The translations under genes and the position numbers were made by a program. The notes beneath the pieces were generated by a model, which saw only the letters and a list, made by a program, of their open reading frames with translations, did no database searches and was not told where the DNA came from. A stretch of 64,000 bases of DNA from Planctomycetota bacterium (GTDB taxonomy: Bacteria; Planctomycetota; UBA8108; UBA1146): contig JABHOG010000047.1 of assembly GCA_018694835.1 (NCBI GenBank), positions 34,149-98,148 of the forward strand, in the 5' to 3' direction. Of the stretch, positions 1 through 9,560 are shown in pieces (the stretch's first letter is position 1; each line of letters opens with the position of its first letter).

Positions 1-3
1 CCG

Positions 4-606
4 GTGCGAGTGCAGACGGTCGCAGGAAGCGAGATCTATGGCGCACTCCTCCAACTGGATCCGACTTCTCTGAGACTGCGACAGTCCGATCGACAGGAAC
101 TCGCCATCCCTAACTCTCAGGTGGTGCAGATCCATTTTGAACTGGAGCGGATCATCCCCCTGACCCAGCGGCCACCGCTGAAAGTCGATGAAGGACTTCC
201 CCAATCGGACTGGTTCCCATGGACCTGGCGGAAAGATCTCAATGTACTGGGACAGCCGCTGCAGATCGGGGCACGACGATTTTCTTCAGGAATCGGCGTC
301 CATTCCCGCAGCCATCTGACCTTTTCGGTCGAAGAGGGAGATCGCACCCTGGTCGGAATCGCCGGGATCGATGCCAGCAGTCGTCCGCCGGATGAGGAGC
401 CGGGGATCGGCTGTGCCGACTTCTCCATCCTGGTCGATGGAGTGAAGAAGTTTGATGGTGGCACCCTGTCCTGGAAAGATCCTGGCGTCGATTTCCGGAT
501 CGACCTGAAGGGGGCGGAGAAGTTCACGCTGAGGGTCGACCTCGGTCCTGGACATCACATCCTCGACCGCGCCAACTGGGCGATGATCCGCATCATCCGC
601 GACTAG
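4..606 (+). CDS. C-terminal fragment of a secreted NPCBM/NEW2-like carbohydrate-binding-module protein (N-terminus lies upstream of the window)
   Basis: The open frame runs off the window start. Its tail (GIGVHSRSHLTF...GSILVDGVKKFDGG...DFRIDLKGAEKFTLRVDLGPGHHILDRANWAMIRI) follows the NPCBM domain consensus (GLGVHA...FQVxxDGVKxFDSG...LTGAKELKLVVTDAGDG..DHADWADA). Stop at 604-606. Confidence 0.5.
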   Translation: MRVQTVAGSEIYGALLQLDPTSLRLRQSDRQELAIPNSQVVQIHFELERIIPLTQRPPLKVDEGLPQSDWFPWTWRKDLNVLGQPLQIGARRFSSGIGVHSRSHLTFSVEEGDRTLVGIAGIDASSRPPDEEPGIGCADFSILVDGVKKFDGGTLSWKDPGVDFRIDLKGAEKFTLRVDLGPGHHILDRANWAMIRIIRD

Positions 607-668
607 CATTGCACCTACAATACCGTGCGTCTCGAATGGTGCTTCTCGTACCGTACGAGATAGCGACG

Positions 669-704
669 AAAAAGCCCCTGCTACGGACTCTCCGTAGCAG
701 GGGC
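669..704 (-). terminator. Rho-independent terminator for the minus-strand VWA gene
   Basis: Perfect 13-bp stem (gcccctgctacgg / ccgtagcaggggc) with a 5-nt loop, between convergent gene ends. The plus-strand A5 tract at 669-673 gives the U-tract for the minus-strand transcript. Confidence 0.5.
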
Positions 705-732
705 TTGTCGATGGTGAACCGTTAGAAAAGGG

Positions 733-2328
733 TCAGTCTCCGGGATTATCGGGATTCAACTTGTTATCCACCTTCATGTCGGTGTAGGTCCCGCCAGTCT
801 CCTCAGCCAGCCTTTTCAACCAACTGTTGGCCTGGGCCAGATCCCCCATCTGTTGCCCCCCCTGGGTGAAGGGGTGAAAACCAAAACAATGGATCTTGAT
901 CTTGCGGAACCGGTTCAACTCGAAAACCTTGTCGAGAATCGGACTGGTCGGGTCCTTCACCTTGCCATCCTTCGATGGAAGTCCATCGGAGAGGAAGAAT
1001 ATCGTGTTGGTTCGTGGATCCTGCATGAACGCCTCGACCAGTGCATCCAGGGTGTTGGTATTGCCGTTGTGCTTGATTCCATCGACCCACTTCAACGCCG
1101 ACTTCTTGTTGCCGGTGCTGGCGGGAGTCGCCTTCTTCTTGAACTTGCTGACGGTCGTGTCAAAGCGAACGCAATTGAAGGCGGCATCCTTGGACATCTT
1201 CTTCAGTACCTTGCGCAATTCTCGCTTGGCCATCTCCATCCGGGACCAGAACTTGGCGAGGCGAATCTGTTCCTGGGTCATCTGGCCACCACCGGAGGAA
1301 CCTCCTCCATCGGAGCCATCGCCTCGACCGAGGCCAGGAATATCATCCTTGTGGACATACCGCATCGAACCGGAGGTATCGATGACGAAGACGATGTTCT
1401 TTGATTCGACAGGAACGCCCCAGAATTCGGGATCATTTCCACGGCGCTTGCGCTTGACTCCGGTCTTTCCGTCGTGGGTCTCCTCCATCGGGTCAAAGGT
1501 GTCCTGACGTGGCTCCCACCAGGAGTGCCACTCCTCGATCAGATCGAAGTCCTGTCCGGTCAACTCCCACAGTGAATCTCGCACCTGGTGGTAGAGCACG
1601 TCCTTGCGTTTCTTGACCAGTTTCTCCAGTAGTTTGATCATCGGCTCGACGCCGATGGCACTCTGGCTCTTACGGAAACCTTCCACCGCGGCTCCCTGGA
1701 CAAAGGGGGATTTATCCTCGAGGAAGGAGCACAGCAGTTTCAAGGCGGCGTCATTGTCGATCCCTCGCAGCCGCTGCAATTGTTTCTTCAGTGCCTCTTG
1801 CTGCTGCTTCAACCGATCGGGAATTCCTGGATCAGCACCGGGGGGCAATCCGTCATTCTCGATATCCTGGAGTTGCTTGCCCAGTTTCATGATCTCGTCA
1901 TTGATCTTCCCGCGCTTGTTGGTGGGGAAGGAGAGAATGTCGGTCAGGTAGACGCGCTCGCGGAAATCGCTTTTGCTGCGCAATTTAGTGTATCGCTCGG
2001 AGATGAAATCGACACAACCATCCATGCGAGACAGTTCCTCACAGATGGTGCTGTAGACTGTTGGATTCCGTCCATCCTTGAAGCCCAGATCGTACAGCGT
2101 CTCGACCGCATCCTCGGTGCCATAGGCAGCGATCTGCCGGGCAATATCGATGGCATTATCGGCATTATCGCCCTGGACCGCTTTACGAAAACTCTTGGCC
2201 AGTTTCTTGATCTCTTTGGAATCGGGAGCACTGGTCGCATCCAGCACGGCGAAGGAAAAGATTCCGCACACCATTGTGATCCACAGAAGAGCCAGTGAAC
2301 CTCTGGTTGAACGATTTTGGTAGATCAT
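733..2328 (-). CDS. von Willebrand factor type A (VWA) domain protein with N-terminal TM helix, HEAT-like and coiled-coil region
   Basis: C-terminal VFVIDTSGSMRY (DxSxS MIDAS motif) and downstream VWA-like sequence. Start chosen at the ATG at 2328 (MIYQNRSTRGSLALLWITMVCGIFSFAVL, a TM/signal helix) preceded by GGAGGA. The longer track ORF to 2436 has no RBS. Confidence 0.7.
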   Translation of the reverse strand: MIYQNRSTRGSLALLWITMVCGIFSFAVLDATSAPDSKEIKKLAKSFRKAVQGDNADNAIDIARQIAAYGTEDAVETLYDLGFKDGRNPTVYSTICEELSRMDGCVDFISERYTKLRSKSDFRERVYLTDILSFPTNKRGKINDEIMKLGKQLQDIENDGLPPGADPGIPDRLKQQQEALKKQLQRLRGIDNDAALKLLCSFLEDKSPFVQGAAVEGFRKSQSAIGVEPMIKLLEKLVKKRKDVLYHQVRDSLWELTGQDFDLIEEWHSWWEPRQDTFDPMEETHDGKTGVKRKRRGNDPEFWGVPVESKNIVFVIDTSGSMRYVHKDDIPGLGRGDGSDGGGSSGGGQMTQEQIRLAKFWSRMEMAKRELRKVLKKMSKDAAFNCVRFDTTVSKFKKKATPASTGNKKSALKWVDGIKHNGNTNTLDALVEAFMQDPRTNTIFFLSDGLPSKDGKVKDPTSPILDKVFELNRFRKIKIHCFGFHPFTQGGQQMGDLAQANSWLKRLAEETGGTYTDMKVDNKLNPDNPGD

Positions 2329-2556
2329 GATTCCTCCATGGGGACCCTTGGCGGGGTGCTCTATTGACGAATGAGACTCGCGATCGGAACTGGATCGGAG
2401 TACGGGCCCAGGAAGCCACCTTCCGGGCACTCTCAAGGTATCATGCCTCCTTCTTCAGTTCCATCGCCTAGGATCTGGATGAATATGGGCTTATGGGTGA
2501 TGAATCGGCTCGAGTTGCTTATCTTGGTCGAACATCCACATGACCTGGAGGAACAG

Positions 2557-3321
2557 ATGTCCCAGCACCAAGACGACACCGATCGCCAGTATCATATCGG
2601 TCTCTCCCGGGGAGATGCCGCTGAAAAAATCTTGCTCGCCGGAGATCCCGAACGAGTACGACGAAGCGCCGCTCGACTCGATAGTATCGAGGGCGAATGG
2701 AGCTGTCGCGAATATCTGACCATCACCGGAGAATGGCGTGGTGAGCGGGTGACCCTGATGGCCACCGGCATCGGCGCCAGCAACATCGAGATCGCGATGG
2801 TAGAACTGGCCGCCATCGTCGACGACCCGGTACTGATCCGAGCAGGCTCCTGTGGCGGTCTCGACCCGAAGATTCAACTGGGCGACCTGGTGGTCAGTTG
2901 GGGAGCGGTTCGGATGGAGAATACCTCCACCACCTTCGTTCCCGAGGGTTACCCCAGCGTCTCTCATCCGGATGTGATCCAGGCATTACTGCAGCAAGCG
3001 CGCCAGAAGGAGTACCCGGTCCACCTCGGGATCACCGCCACCGCACCCGGTTTCTACGGCGCCCAGGGACGAAACGTGAATGGGTTTCCCCCACGCCACC
3101 CCGACGTGATCGAGGAGTTGGCCCGCATCGGTGTCGCCAACATGGAGATGGAGGCTTCGGCCCTCTTCACGCTGGCCTCGGTGAAGGGCTGGAGAGCGGG
3201 GTGCGTTTGCACCGTCTTTGGCCGTCGCCATCACGATGAGTTTGTCCCGGTCGCGGAAAAACCGGCACTGGAAGATCGCTGCGTCGAGGTGGCACTCGAC
3301 GCACTACTGAGCATCGACTGA
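2557..3321 (+). CDS. udp: Uridine phosphorylase / PNP-UDP family nucleoside phosphorylase
   Basis: Aligns by eye along its full length with E. coli Udp: MSQHQDDTDRQYHIGL vs MSKSDVFHLGL, ATGIGASNIEIAMVEL vs STGIGGPSTSIAVEEL, and MEMEASALFTLA vs YEMESATLLTM. ATG at 2557 follows GGAGGA. Upstream in-frame ATGs at 2479 and 2500 are alternative starts. Confidence 0.7.
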   Translation: MSQHQDDTDRQYHIGLSRGDAAEKILLAGDPERVRRSAARLDSIEGEWSCREYLTITGEWRGERVTLMATGIGASNIEIAMVELAAIVDDPVLIRAGSCGGLDPKIQLGDLVVSWGAVRMENTSTTFVPEGYPSVSHPDVIQALLQQARQKEYPVHLGITATAPGFYGAQGRNVNGFPPRHPDVIEELARIGVANMEMEASALFTLASVKGWRAGCVCTVFGRRHHDEFVPVAEKPALEDRCVEVALDALLSID

Positions 3322-3330
3322 GACGAGACA

Positions 3331-4221
3331 TTACCCGGGCTTGACCTGCGACGGATCGGGGTCCAGCGTAGAGATGGCGGCATCGACGATTCTCAACAAT
3401 CGTCCGCGCGATCTGCGCCCCGTCTCCATCACCTCTTCATGGCTCAGCGGCTGCCCCGACATCCCCGCCGCCAGGTTGGTCACCAGCGAAAACCCTTGCA
3501 CACGAAGACCACAATCCACCGCCACCATCGCCTCCTGGATGGTCGACATGCCGACCAGGTCTGCGCCGAGTTTGCGCAGCATCCGTACCTCCGCAGGGGT
3601 CTCGTAGGTGGGTCCAGGCAGACCTGCGTAATTTCCACGGGGGAAACCATCGGTCGCTCCAGCCTTGGAATCGTTGCGGTAGCACCGCTCGGTTCGATCG
3701 ATCCAGTGCTGGTCGAAGAGACCGGTCTGATTGCGAATCCTCGAAGCGGCCTCGATTCCCATCTTCGGAGTCACCCCCTGCAGGTTGATATGATCCTCGA
3801 TGGCGACCACTTGTCCGGGACTCCAGCCCTCACGGACGCCACCGGCGGCATTGGTCAGGATCAACCCTCGGGCACCAAGAGCTGCGAGCACGCGGATTCC
3901 CCGCACCACCTCTTCCACATCGTATCCCTCATACAGATGAACCCGACCACCGAGCAGAAGTATCGTCGATCCTCCGACCTCGCCGAGGATCCACTCACCC
4001 CCATGCCCGGCCACCGAGGGCGATGGCATCCCGGGAATGTCACCGACCGCGACGCGGCAATATTCGGTCCAGCCATCGGCGGGAAACTGGATCCCCGAAC
4101 CGAGCACGATACCGACATCGGGACCGACCTCGGACCAGTCCTGCAGACCATCGGGTGCCAGTTCGCACCACTGATCGCGAATCCACCGACAAGCCGCCTG
4201 GGCATCGAATCGTTCCGTCAC
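3331..4221 (-). CDS. Purine nucleoside phosphorylase (PNP family 2, PunA/DeoD-II type)
   Basis: VHLYEGY motif, GMSTIQEA and the overall PNP layout. GTG start at 4221 overlaps the upstream gene stop (GTGA), so it is translationally coupled to the nucleotidase-transporter gene. It converges on udp with a 9-bp gap. Confidence 0.8.
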   Translation of the reverse strand: MTERFDAQAACRWIRDQWCELAPDGLQDWSEVGPDVGIVLGSGIQFPADGWTEYCRVAVGDIPGMPSPSVAGHGGEWILGEVGGSTILLLGGRVHLYEGYDVEEVVRGIRVLAALGARGLILTNAAGGVREGWSPGQVVAIEDHINLQGVTPKMGIEAASRIRNQTGLFDQHWIDRTERCYRNDSKAGATDGFPRGNYAGLPGPTYETPAEVRMLRKLGADLVGMSTIQEAMVAVDCGLRVQGFSLVTNLAAGMSGQPLSHEEVMETGRRSRGRLLRIVDAAISTLDPDPSQVKPG

Positions 4222-7052
4222 GGCATGACGATTCCGGCAACGCAACCGGTCATCAGCGCTGCGACGGTACCACCGACCAATGCTCTCAATCCCAAAGAGG
4301 AGAGGCGCGGTCGCAAGGAAGGCTCGAGCGATGAGATTCCACCGATCTGGATCGCCACGCTGGCAAAGTTAGCGAATCCACAAAGGGCATAGGTGGTGAT
4401 GGCTCGAGAGCGCTCACTGAGGGTGTCGACCCCGGAGAGTTCGATAAAGGCCACGAACTCGTTGAGCACCGTCTTCATTCCGATCAGCGAAGCGACCGCT
4501 GGCACATCCTTGAAGTCGACCCCCAGCAACCAGGCAAAGGGATAGAAGATCCACCCGAAGACATCTTGTAGGTTGAAGTAGGGTGATTCCGCCAGCACGG
4601 CGTGATCTCCCTGGCTCACCATATTTACCAAGGAGAGTGCCCAGTAGGAGATGTGCTGGGTCAACCAGGCGAGTGATGCATTGGCCAGTGCCACGATGGC
4701 CACGAATGCGATCAACATCGCGATGACATTGAGTGCCAGGGTCAACCCTTCACTGGTTCCTCGACAGGCAGCATCGAGCAGATTGGAGTCGGAGCGGTGG
4801 ATTTCCAGTTTGGCCGCTGTGGGGTCACCTAGATCCTTCTTCTCGGGGACCATCAACTTGGCCGCCACCAAGGCCGCAGGCGCCGACATGAAACTGGCCG
4901 CCAGCAGGTGACCGGCGTCGATTCCGAGACTGACATAGGCGGCAAAAACACTCCCCGCCACGGTCGCCATGCCTCCAGTCATCAGTGCCATCACCTCGGA
5001 GTTAGTCATCGTTTTCAGATAAGGGCGGATCACCAGTGGTGCTTCAGTTTGCCCGGCGAATATGTTGGCTGCGGCAGCGAGAGATTCAGGACCGCTGGTC
5101 TTCATCGTCATTTGCATCAAACGAGCGATCAGCCACACGACGACCTGCAGCAAACCGATGTGATAAAAGATCGCCATCAATGCCGAGACAAAGATGATGG
5201 TTCCGAGCAAGACGATCCACAGCTGGAATCCAACACCGGTCGCCGACGCCAAGGTACCGAAGACCATGGCGGTCCCGACCTGGGAGAAGTCGAGGATCCC
5301 CTGGAAGATCTCCTTGGCACCAGAGGTGATGGAAGTGCCCCAATCAGTTCGCAGGATCACCAACGCCAGCAGCAGTTGCAGCCCCACCCCCCAGTACACC
5401 GTACGCCAGCGAACTTCAGCACGACGGGTCGAAATCGCCCAGCAGAGTGCGACCAGAACCAGCAGGCCCAGCAGGCTGCGGGCACGATCGAGCCAGTGAT
5501 CCCCCTCTCCCCCATCGGACGCTGATGAGATGTAAACCTCAGCTTGGATGGAAGCATAGATCCGATCGGCGGAGTCCGCCTGCTCCAGCGCCCGCTCGGT
5601 CGCTTCCAGCACCGACAATCCACCATCCTCCTTGGGAGCGGCAGCCAGCAGATCCCAACCATCCCCACCGCTGGCAAGGTAATCGTTGGTGGCGATGCGA
5701 AATTGCTGTTGATCGGTAATGGGAGCGCCCTGGAGAAGGATCTGGTCGACCTCGACCGGACCTCCGTCCGCCTCTGCCACCTGCACCCGAATTCCGTGGA
5801 AGTCGACCCCTCTTCCCTCGGTGGTGAGGGACTGAACGACCAGTTGCTTCAACTGCTTGCCGGTCAAGGTCACCACCGTCACGCGATTGCCAAAGGGCGA
5901 GATCTCGAAGAGATCGCGGTACAGCACTTCTCCAGAAGGCAAGTCGTCACGGATTCCACCATGATTGTGGAAAGAAGCAGAGACACCTGCCGCTTCCGCC
6001 ATCGAATCACAGATCCAGCGACCCAGTGGCGAGGAGACCGCTCCACTCTCCTTGTGCCCCCCACTGTGTAAAGCCACCGGGGATTCTCCCACCTTGCGAT
6101 TCATCTTCTCGCCGACCGTGGCATTCACCGCAGCGAGCAGAGCTCCCAATTTCTGATCGGTCGCAACGGAGAGGGCTTCGACAGCCACCACCGACGTGGA
6201 TACGGTGAAGGTCTGCCTGTGGCCCACGGACTCGCTCTTGCCCTTGCGTGTGAATTCGACGCGCCCGAGATGGCGAGTCTTGGCTCCCACCTGGGCCACC
6301 ACCGTGCCATGGACCGGTTCTATCCAGGGTGGATCAACCAGGGTATGGGAGTGCCCGCCGACGATGAGGTCGAGACCCTCGACTTCTCCGGCGAGCGCTC
6401 TTTCCAGTTTCACTCCGCTATGAGAGAGAACCACCATCAGATCGGCACCCTGTTGCCGGAGGCGATCTCTCGCTTTTCTCACCGCGTCAGCCAGCGGGGC
6501 TACCTGTAACTTTTTGCCCGCTACAGGAGCGATGATGTTGGGCGCGTCCGGTGTCAAGATTCCAATCAATCCGACGCGGAATCCACCGCGCTCGATGATG
6601 TGATCACGCAGTACCACCTGTTGTAGGCGTCCCGAAGACTCGGTCACATTCGATGCGATCACCGGAATGGTCGTGGCATTGATCAGATTCAGCAGGTTGT
6701 CTATTCCATAATCGAAATCGTGGTTGCCCAGGGTCATGGCATCGAACTGGAGGCACTCCATCGCTCGGATCATCTGAAGGCCGCCGTCGCTGGCGCCTTC
6801 TGGAGTTCCCTGGAACCAGTCGCCAGCATCGAGCAGCAACACATTCTCGTTACCCACCTCGTCGCGTACCGACGAGACCAATTGGCCCATCCCGGCCATT
6901 CCGCCACTGAGATTCTCACCACTTTTCCGAGGGAGTAACTGTCCATGCATGTCGTTGACGTGCAGTACCACCAGATGATCATCTGCCTGGACGAGAACCC
7001 CACACCAGAGACTGATCAGCACCAGCCAGCCTTGAATTGATCGCAAGATCAT
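4218..7052 (-). CDS. Fusion protein: periplasmic 5'-nucleotidase/UDP-sugar hydrolase (UshA-like) fused to a concentrative nucleoside transporter (NupC/CNT family)
   Basis: The N-terminus has a signal peptide (MILRSIQGWLVLISLWCGVLVQA after AGGTGG). Calcineurin-like phosphoesterase motifs HVNDMHG, GNHDFD and GGHSH follow, then the 5'-nucleotidase C-domain IATNDYLASGGDGW. The C-terminal ~400 aa are polytopic and align with E. coli NupC: RWRTVYWGVGLQLLLALVIL...FGTLAS vs [20 protein letters not shown]...FGSMND, GWIFYPFAWLLGV...NEFVAF vs GYIFYPIAWVMGV...NEFVAM, and an SAPAAL motif. It is one 945-codon frame with no internal stop. Confidence 0.85.
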   Translation of the reverse strand: MILRSIQGWLVLISLWCGVLVQADDHLVVLHVNDMHGQLLPRKSGENLSGGMAGMGQLVSSVRDEVGNENVLLLDAGDWFQGTPEGASDGGLQMIRAMECLQFDAMTLGNHDFDYGIDNLLNLINATTIPVIASNVTESSGRLQQVVLRDHIIERGGFRVGLIGILTPDAPNIIAPVAGKKLQVAPLADAVRKARDRLRQQGADLMVVLSHSGVKLERALAGEVEGLDLIVGGHSHTLVDPPWIEPVHGTVVAQVGAKTRHLGRVEFTRKGKSESVGHRQTFTVSTSVVAVEALSVATDQKLGALLAAVNATVGEKMNRKVGESPVALHSGGHKESGAVSSPLGRWICDSMAEAAGVSASFHNHGGIRDDLPSGEVLYRDLFEISPFGNRVTVVTLTGKQLKQLVVQSLTTEGRGVDFHGIRVQVAEADGGPVEVDQILLQGAPITDQQQFRIATNDYLASGGDGWDLLAAAPKEDGGLSVLEATERALEQADSADRIYASIQAEVYISSASDGGEGDHWLDRARSLLGLLVLVALCWAISTRRAEVRWRTVYWGVGLQLLLALVILRTDWGTSITSGAKEIFQGILDFSQVGTAMVFGTLASATGVGFQLWIVLLGTIIFVSALMAIFYHIGLLQVVVWLIARLMQMTMKTSGPESLAAAANIFAGQTEAPLVIRPYLKTMTNSEVMALMTGGMATVAGSVFAAYVSLGIDAGHLLAASFMSAPAALVAAKLMVPEKKDLGDPTAAKLEIHRSDSNLLDAACRGTSEGLTLALNVIAMLIAFVAIVALANASLAWLTQHISYWALSLVNMVSQGDHAVLAESPYFNLQDVFGWIFYPFAWLLGVDFKDVPAVASLIGMKTVLNEFVAFIELSGVDTLSERSRAITTYALCGFANFASVAIQIGGISSLEPSLRPRLSSLGLRALVGGTVAALMTGCVAGIVMP

Positions 7053-7175
7053 GCCACCTCTATTTCCACCTGGAGAATTGCTGGAGAGGATAGCGGAACA
7101 ATCCACGTCTGGACAGCGGGAGCCCTTGCAACCGCCCCCCCATTTCCTTCATGATCTGAGCAAAGGAGAGTCATC

Positions 7176-8579
7176 ATGGACCCAGCGGAACTTCCCGAGC
7201 GAATCTTCAGAACCTATGACATCCGTGGCATCGTTGGAGAAGACCTGACCGAGGAGATCGTCGAACAGATTGGACTCGGGCTGGGCCAGTTACTCTCCTC
7301 CGAGGGGAGCCGCTCTGTCGCCGTCGGTCACGATATCCGCGATTCCAGTGCGCCCTTCGCCGCCCGAGTCCGAGATGGCCTGCTGAAAGCAGGACTCGAT
7401 GTCATCGAGGTGGGAGAGGTTCCGACTCCCTTGCTCTACTGGGCAGTCCAGCACCTGGGTGCAGATGGCGGAGTGATGATCACCGGCAGCCACAATCCAG
7501 TCGAATACAACGGGCTGAAAATCACCCGCGGTGTGATGCCGATCTGGGGGGATGAACTGCAGACCCTTCGCAACATCGCCAACGATGCTCGTGCGGTCGA
7601 GACACCAGGCCAGGCGACTTCAGCCGAAGTCATCCAGCCCTACATCGCCAACCGGACCGAGCGCTTCCAGTTCCCCGACGGATTCAAGGTCGCCATCGAT
7701 TGCGGCAATGGCACGGCAGGGCCTGTCGCCATTCCACTCTTTGAAGCACTCGGGATCGAGGTGGACGCCCTTTACCCCGAGCCCGATGGAACCTTTCCCA
7801 ATCACCTTCCCGACCCGGAAGTTCCTCGCTACATGAAGAATCTATGTGACAAGGTTGCGGCGGGAGATTTCCAGTGTGGCTTCGGCTTCGACGGTGACTC
7901 CGATCGAGTCGGAGTGATCGATGAGAAGGGCAGGAAGAGATCCGCTGATCATTTACTGGTCGCCTTCGCCCGCCACCTGCTCGCCCAGGTCCCAGGGGGC
8001 AAGATCATCTATGATGTCAAATGCTCCGACTACTTGCCTGATCTGATCAAAAAGGCCGGAGGAATACCGATACTCAGCAAGACGGGTCACTCCATCATCA
8101 AGGAAAAGATGAAGGAGACGGGAGCGATTCTCGCGGGCGAACTGTCGGGGCACATCTGTGTGAAGCATGGCGGAGACGGCTTCGACGACGCCTTCTTTGC
8201 CGCTTTACTGACACTCGAGATCATCGCTTCCCAGGGTGGTCAATGCTCCGACCTGTTCGACGGTATTCCCGAGATGAAGGCGACCCCGGAGGTCAAAATT
8301 CCGGTCTCGGAGGCACACAAGTTCCAGGTGGTCTCCGCGCTGGTGGAGCAATTTCGGAAGGATCCCGGCGGTGGCACCCTGATCGACCTCGATGGAGTCC
8401 GGCTCTCCTTCGATGATGGATGGATGCTGATCCGTGCTTCCAATACGACGGCGAATCTGACGGTGCGCGTCGAAGGAGTCGACAACGCCGCTCTGCAACG
8501 AATCGGGTCGATCGTCCGCCAGGCGCTCGAGTCACACCCGGTCAATCTCGACCAGTTGACCGAGGCACTCGAATCCTGA
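7176..8579 (+). CDS. Phosphomannomutase/phosphoglucomutase (alpha-D-phosphohexomutase family)
   Basis: Active-site TGSHNP motif and the N-terminal FRTYDIRG signature. RBS aaaggagag 6 nt before the ATG. Confidence 0.85.
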   Translation: MDPAELPERIFRTYDIRGIVGEDLTEEIVEQIGLGLGQLLSSEGSRSVAVGHDIRDSSAPFAARVRDGLLKAGLDVIEVGEVPTPLLYWAVQHLGADGGVMITGSHNPVEYNGLKITRGVMPIWGDELQTLRNIANDARAVETPGQATSAEVIQPYIANRTERFQFPDGFKVAIDCGNGTAGPVAIPLFEALGIEVDALYPEPDGTFPNHLPDPEVPRYMKNLCDKVAAGDFQCGFGFDGDSDRVGVIDEKGRKRSADHLLVAFARHLLAQVPGGKIIYDVKCSDYLPDLIKKAGGIPILSKTGHSIIKEKMKETGAILAGELSGHICVKHGGDGFDDAFFAALLTLEIIASQGGQCSDLFDGIPEMKATPEVKIPVSEAHKFQVVSALVEQFRKDPGGGTLIDLDGVRLSFDDGWMLIRASNTTANLTVRVEGVDNAALQRIGSIVRQALESHPVNLDQLTEALES

Positions 8580-8612
8580 CCACGCTCCAAGGAACAGCTG
8601 CCCTGCACCAGT

Positions 8613-9560
8613 TCAGCGCTGACCCGAAGATTTATTCTTTCGAGCCACTCGCCACTTCTGGAAGCACTCTCGCTGATCGAAGAAGAGCCAATCCCCTTGC
8701 CGGGTACGTGCCCGGGCAGCGGATGCTTCTCGTTCGACTTGTTGGCCACAGATCGGGCAATGAACGAAAGCACTCTCCTCCAGTTTCTCGCATCCAGCGG
8801 GAACATCGAACAACGAAGCAGGTACCGATCGTCGATCCCATTGGGTGACCTTGAAGGTGAGGGGATGCGACAAGGTCGCAGTCACTACATGAATGACCCC
8901 CTCCAGAGGAAGCCCTTCGATCTTCTCCAGTGCGCCCTGGACCTCGGCTCCGAAGGCTCCACTGGCGCGATGAAACTTGGCCAGAGGAAAGGGCATCTCG
9001 AGGTCCGCGACCAGCAAGTCAGTGATCAATCGATCATTTTCGTAGATCCGAACCGATCGTACCGGAAGACCCAATCGCTGTTCGGTGGTTTCTGACTGTT
9101 CGACGCGAATCTCCCGGATCAATTCGCCACTCTCCGACAGTCGCAGGTGGCTCGCTTTCAATAACTGCTCTCGTTCTGCCGTGGAAAGATCTCGACTACG
9201 CAGTTCCAGTTGCTTCTCCTGGATCCACCGGTCCTTCTGGATCCGCCCGAGATCGGAGCTTTCACGATAGACGGAACGGTCCGCGGAAATTTCTCTCAGT
9301 AGCGGTTGATCCCCATCTAGACGCAAGATGTTAAACAGGCCACGCTGTCGGTCTTCCAGCAGCACACGATCGGAAGCCAGCACCATCTGCTGTATCTCTG
9401 TTTCCTGGTCTGGACGACCGGGTCGTCCGGAGATTTCCTGCAAGATGATCAGCGCCTCCAGGCGAGACGTGGTGCTCTTCGCTTCCTGCGAAACCGGATC
9501 CACTGTTACAGGATCCTGCGACAAGATCGACATCCATAGCGAAAGGGCTAGCAGATTCAT
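8613..9560 (-). CDS. Secreted hypothetical protein with C-terminal YHS/TRASH-like zinc-ribbon (CPICG...FFDQRECFQKW)
   Basis: Hydrophobic N-terminus. The C-terminal Cys pair plus FxxxxCxxxW resembles YHS metal-binding domains. ATG overlaps the upstream stop (ATGA). Last gene of a three-gene operon. Confidence 0.55.
   Translation of the reverse strand: MNLLALSLWMSILSQDPVTVDPVSQEAKSTTSRLEALIILQEISGRPGRPDQETEIQQMVLASDRVLLEDRQRGLFNILRLDGDQPLLREISADRSVYRESSDLGRIQKDRWIQEKQLELRSRDLSTAEREQLLKASHLRLSESGELIREIRVEQSETTEQRLGLPVRSVRIYENDRLITDLLVADLEMPFPLAKFHRASGAFGAEVQGALEKIEGLPLEGVIHVVTATLSHPLTFKVTQWDRRSVPASLFDVPAGCEKLEESAFVHCPICGQQVEREASAARARTRQGDWLFFDQRECFQKWRVARKNKSSGQR

Noticed and set aside
6514-6531. 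Third copy of gcccgctacagg, the heme oxygenase leader hairpin core, inside the nucleotidase gene
   Set aside because: A 12-mer match is expected by chance many times in 64 kb of 60% GC DNA. There is no flanking similarity.
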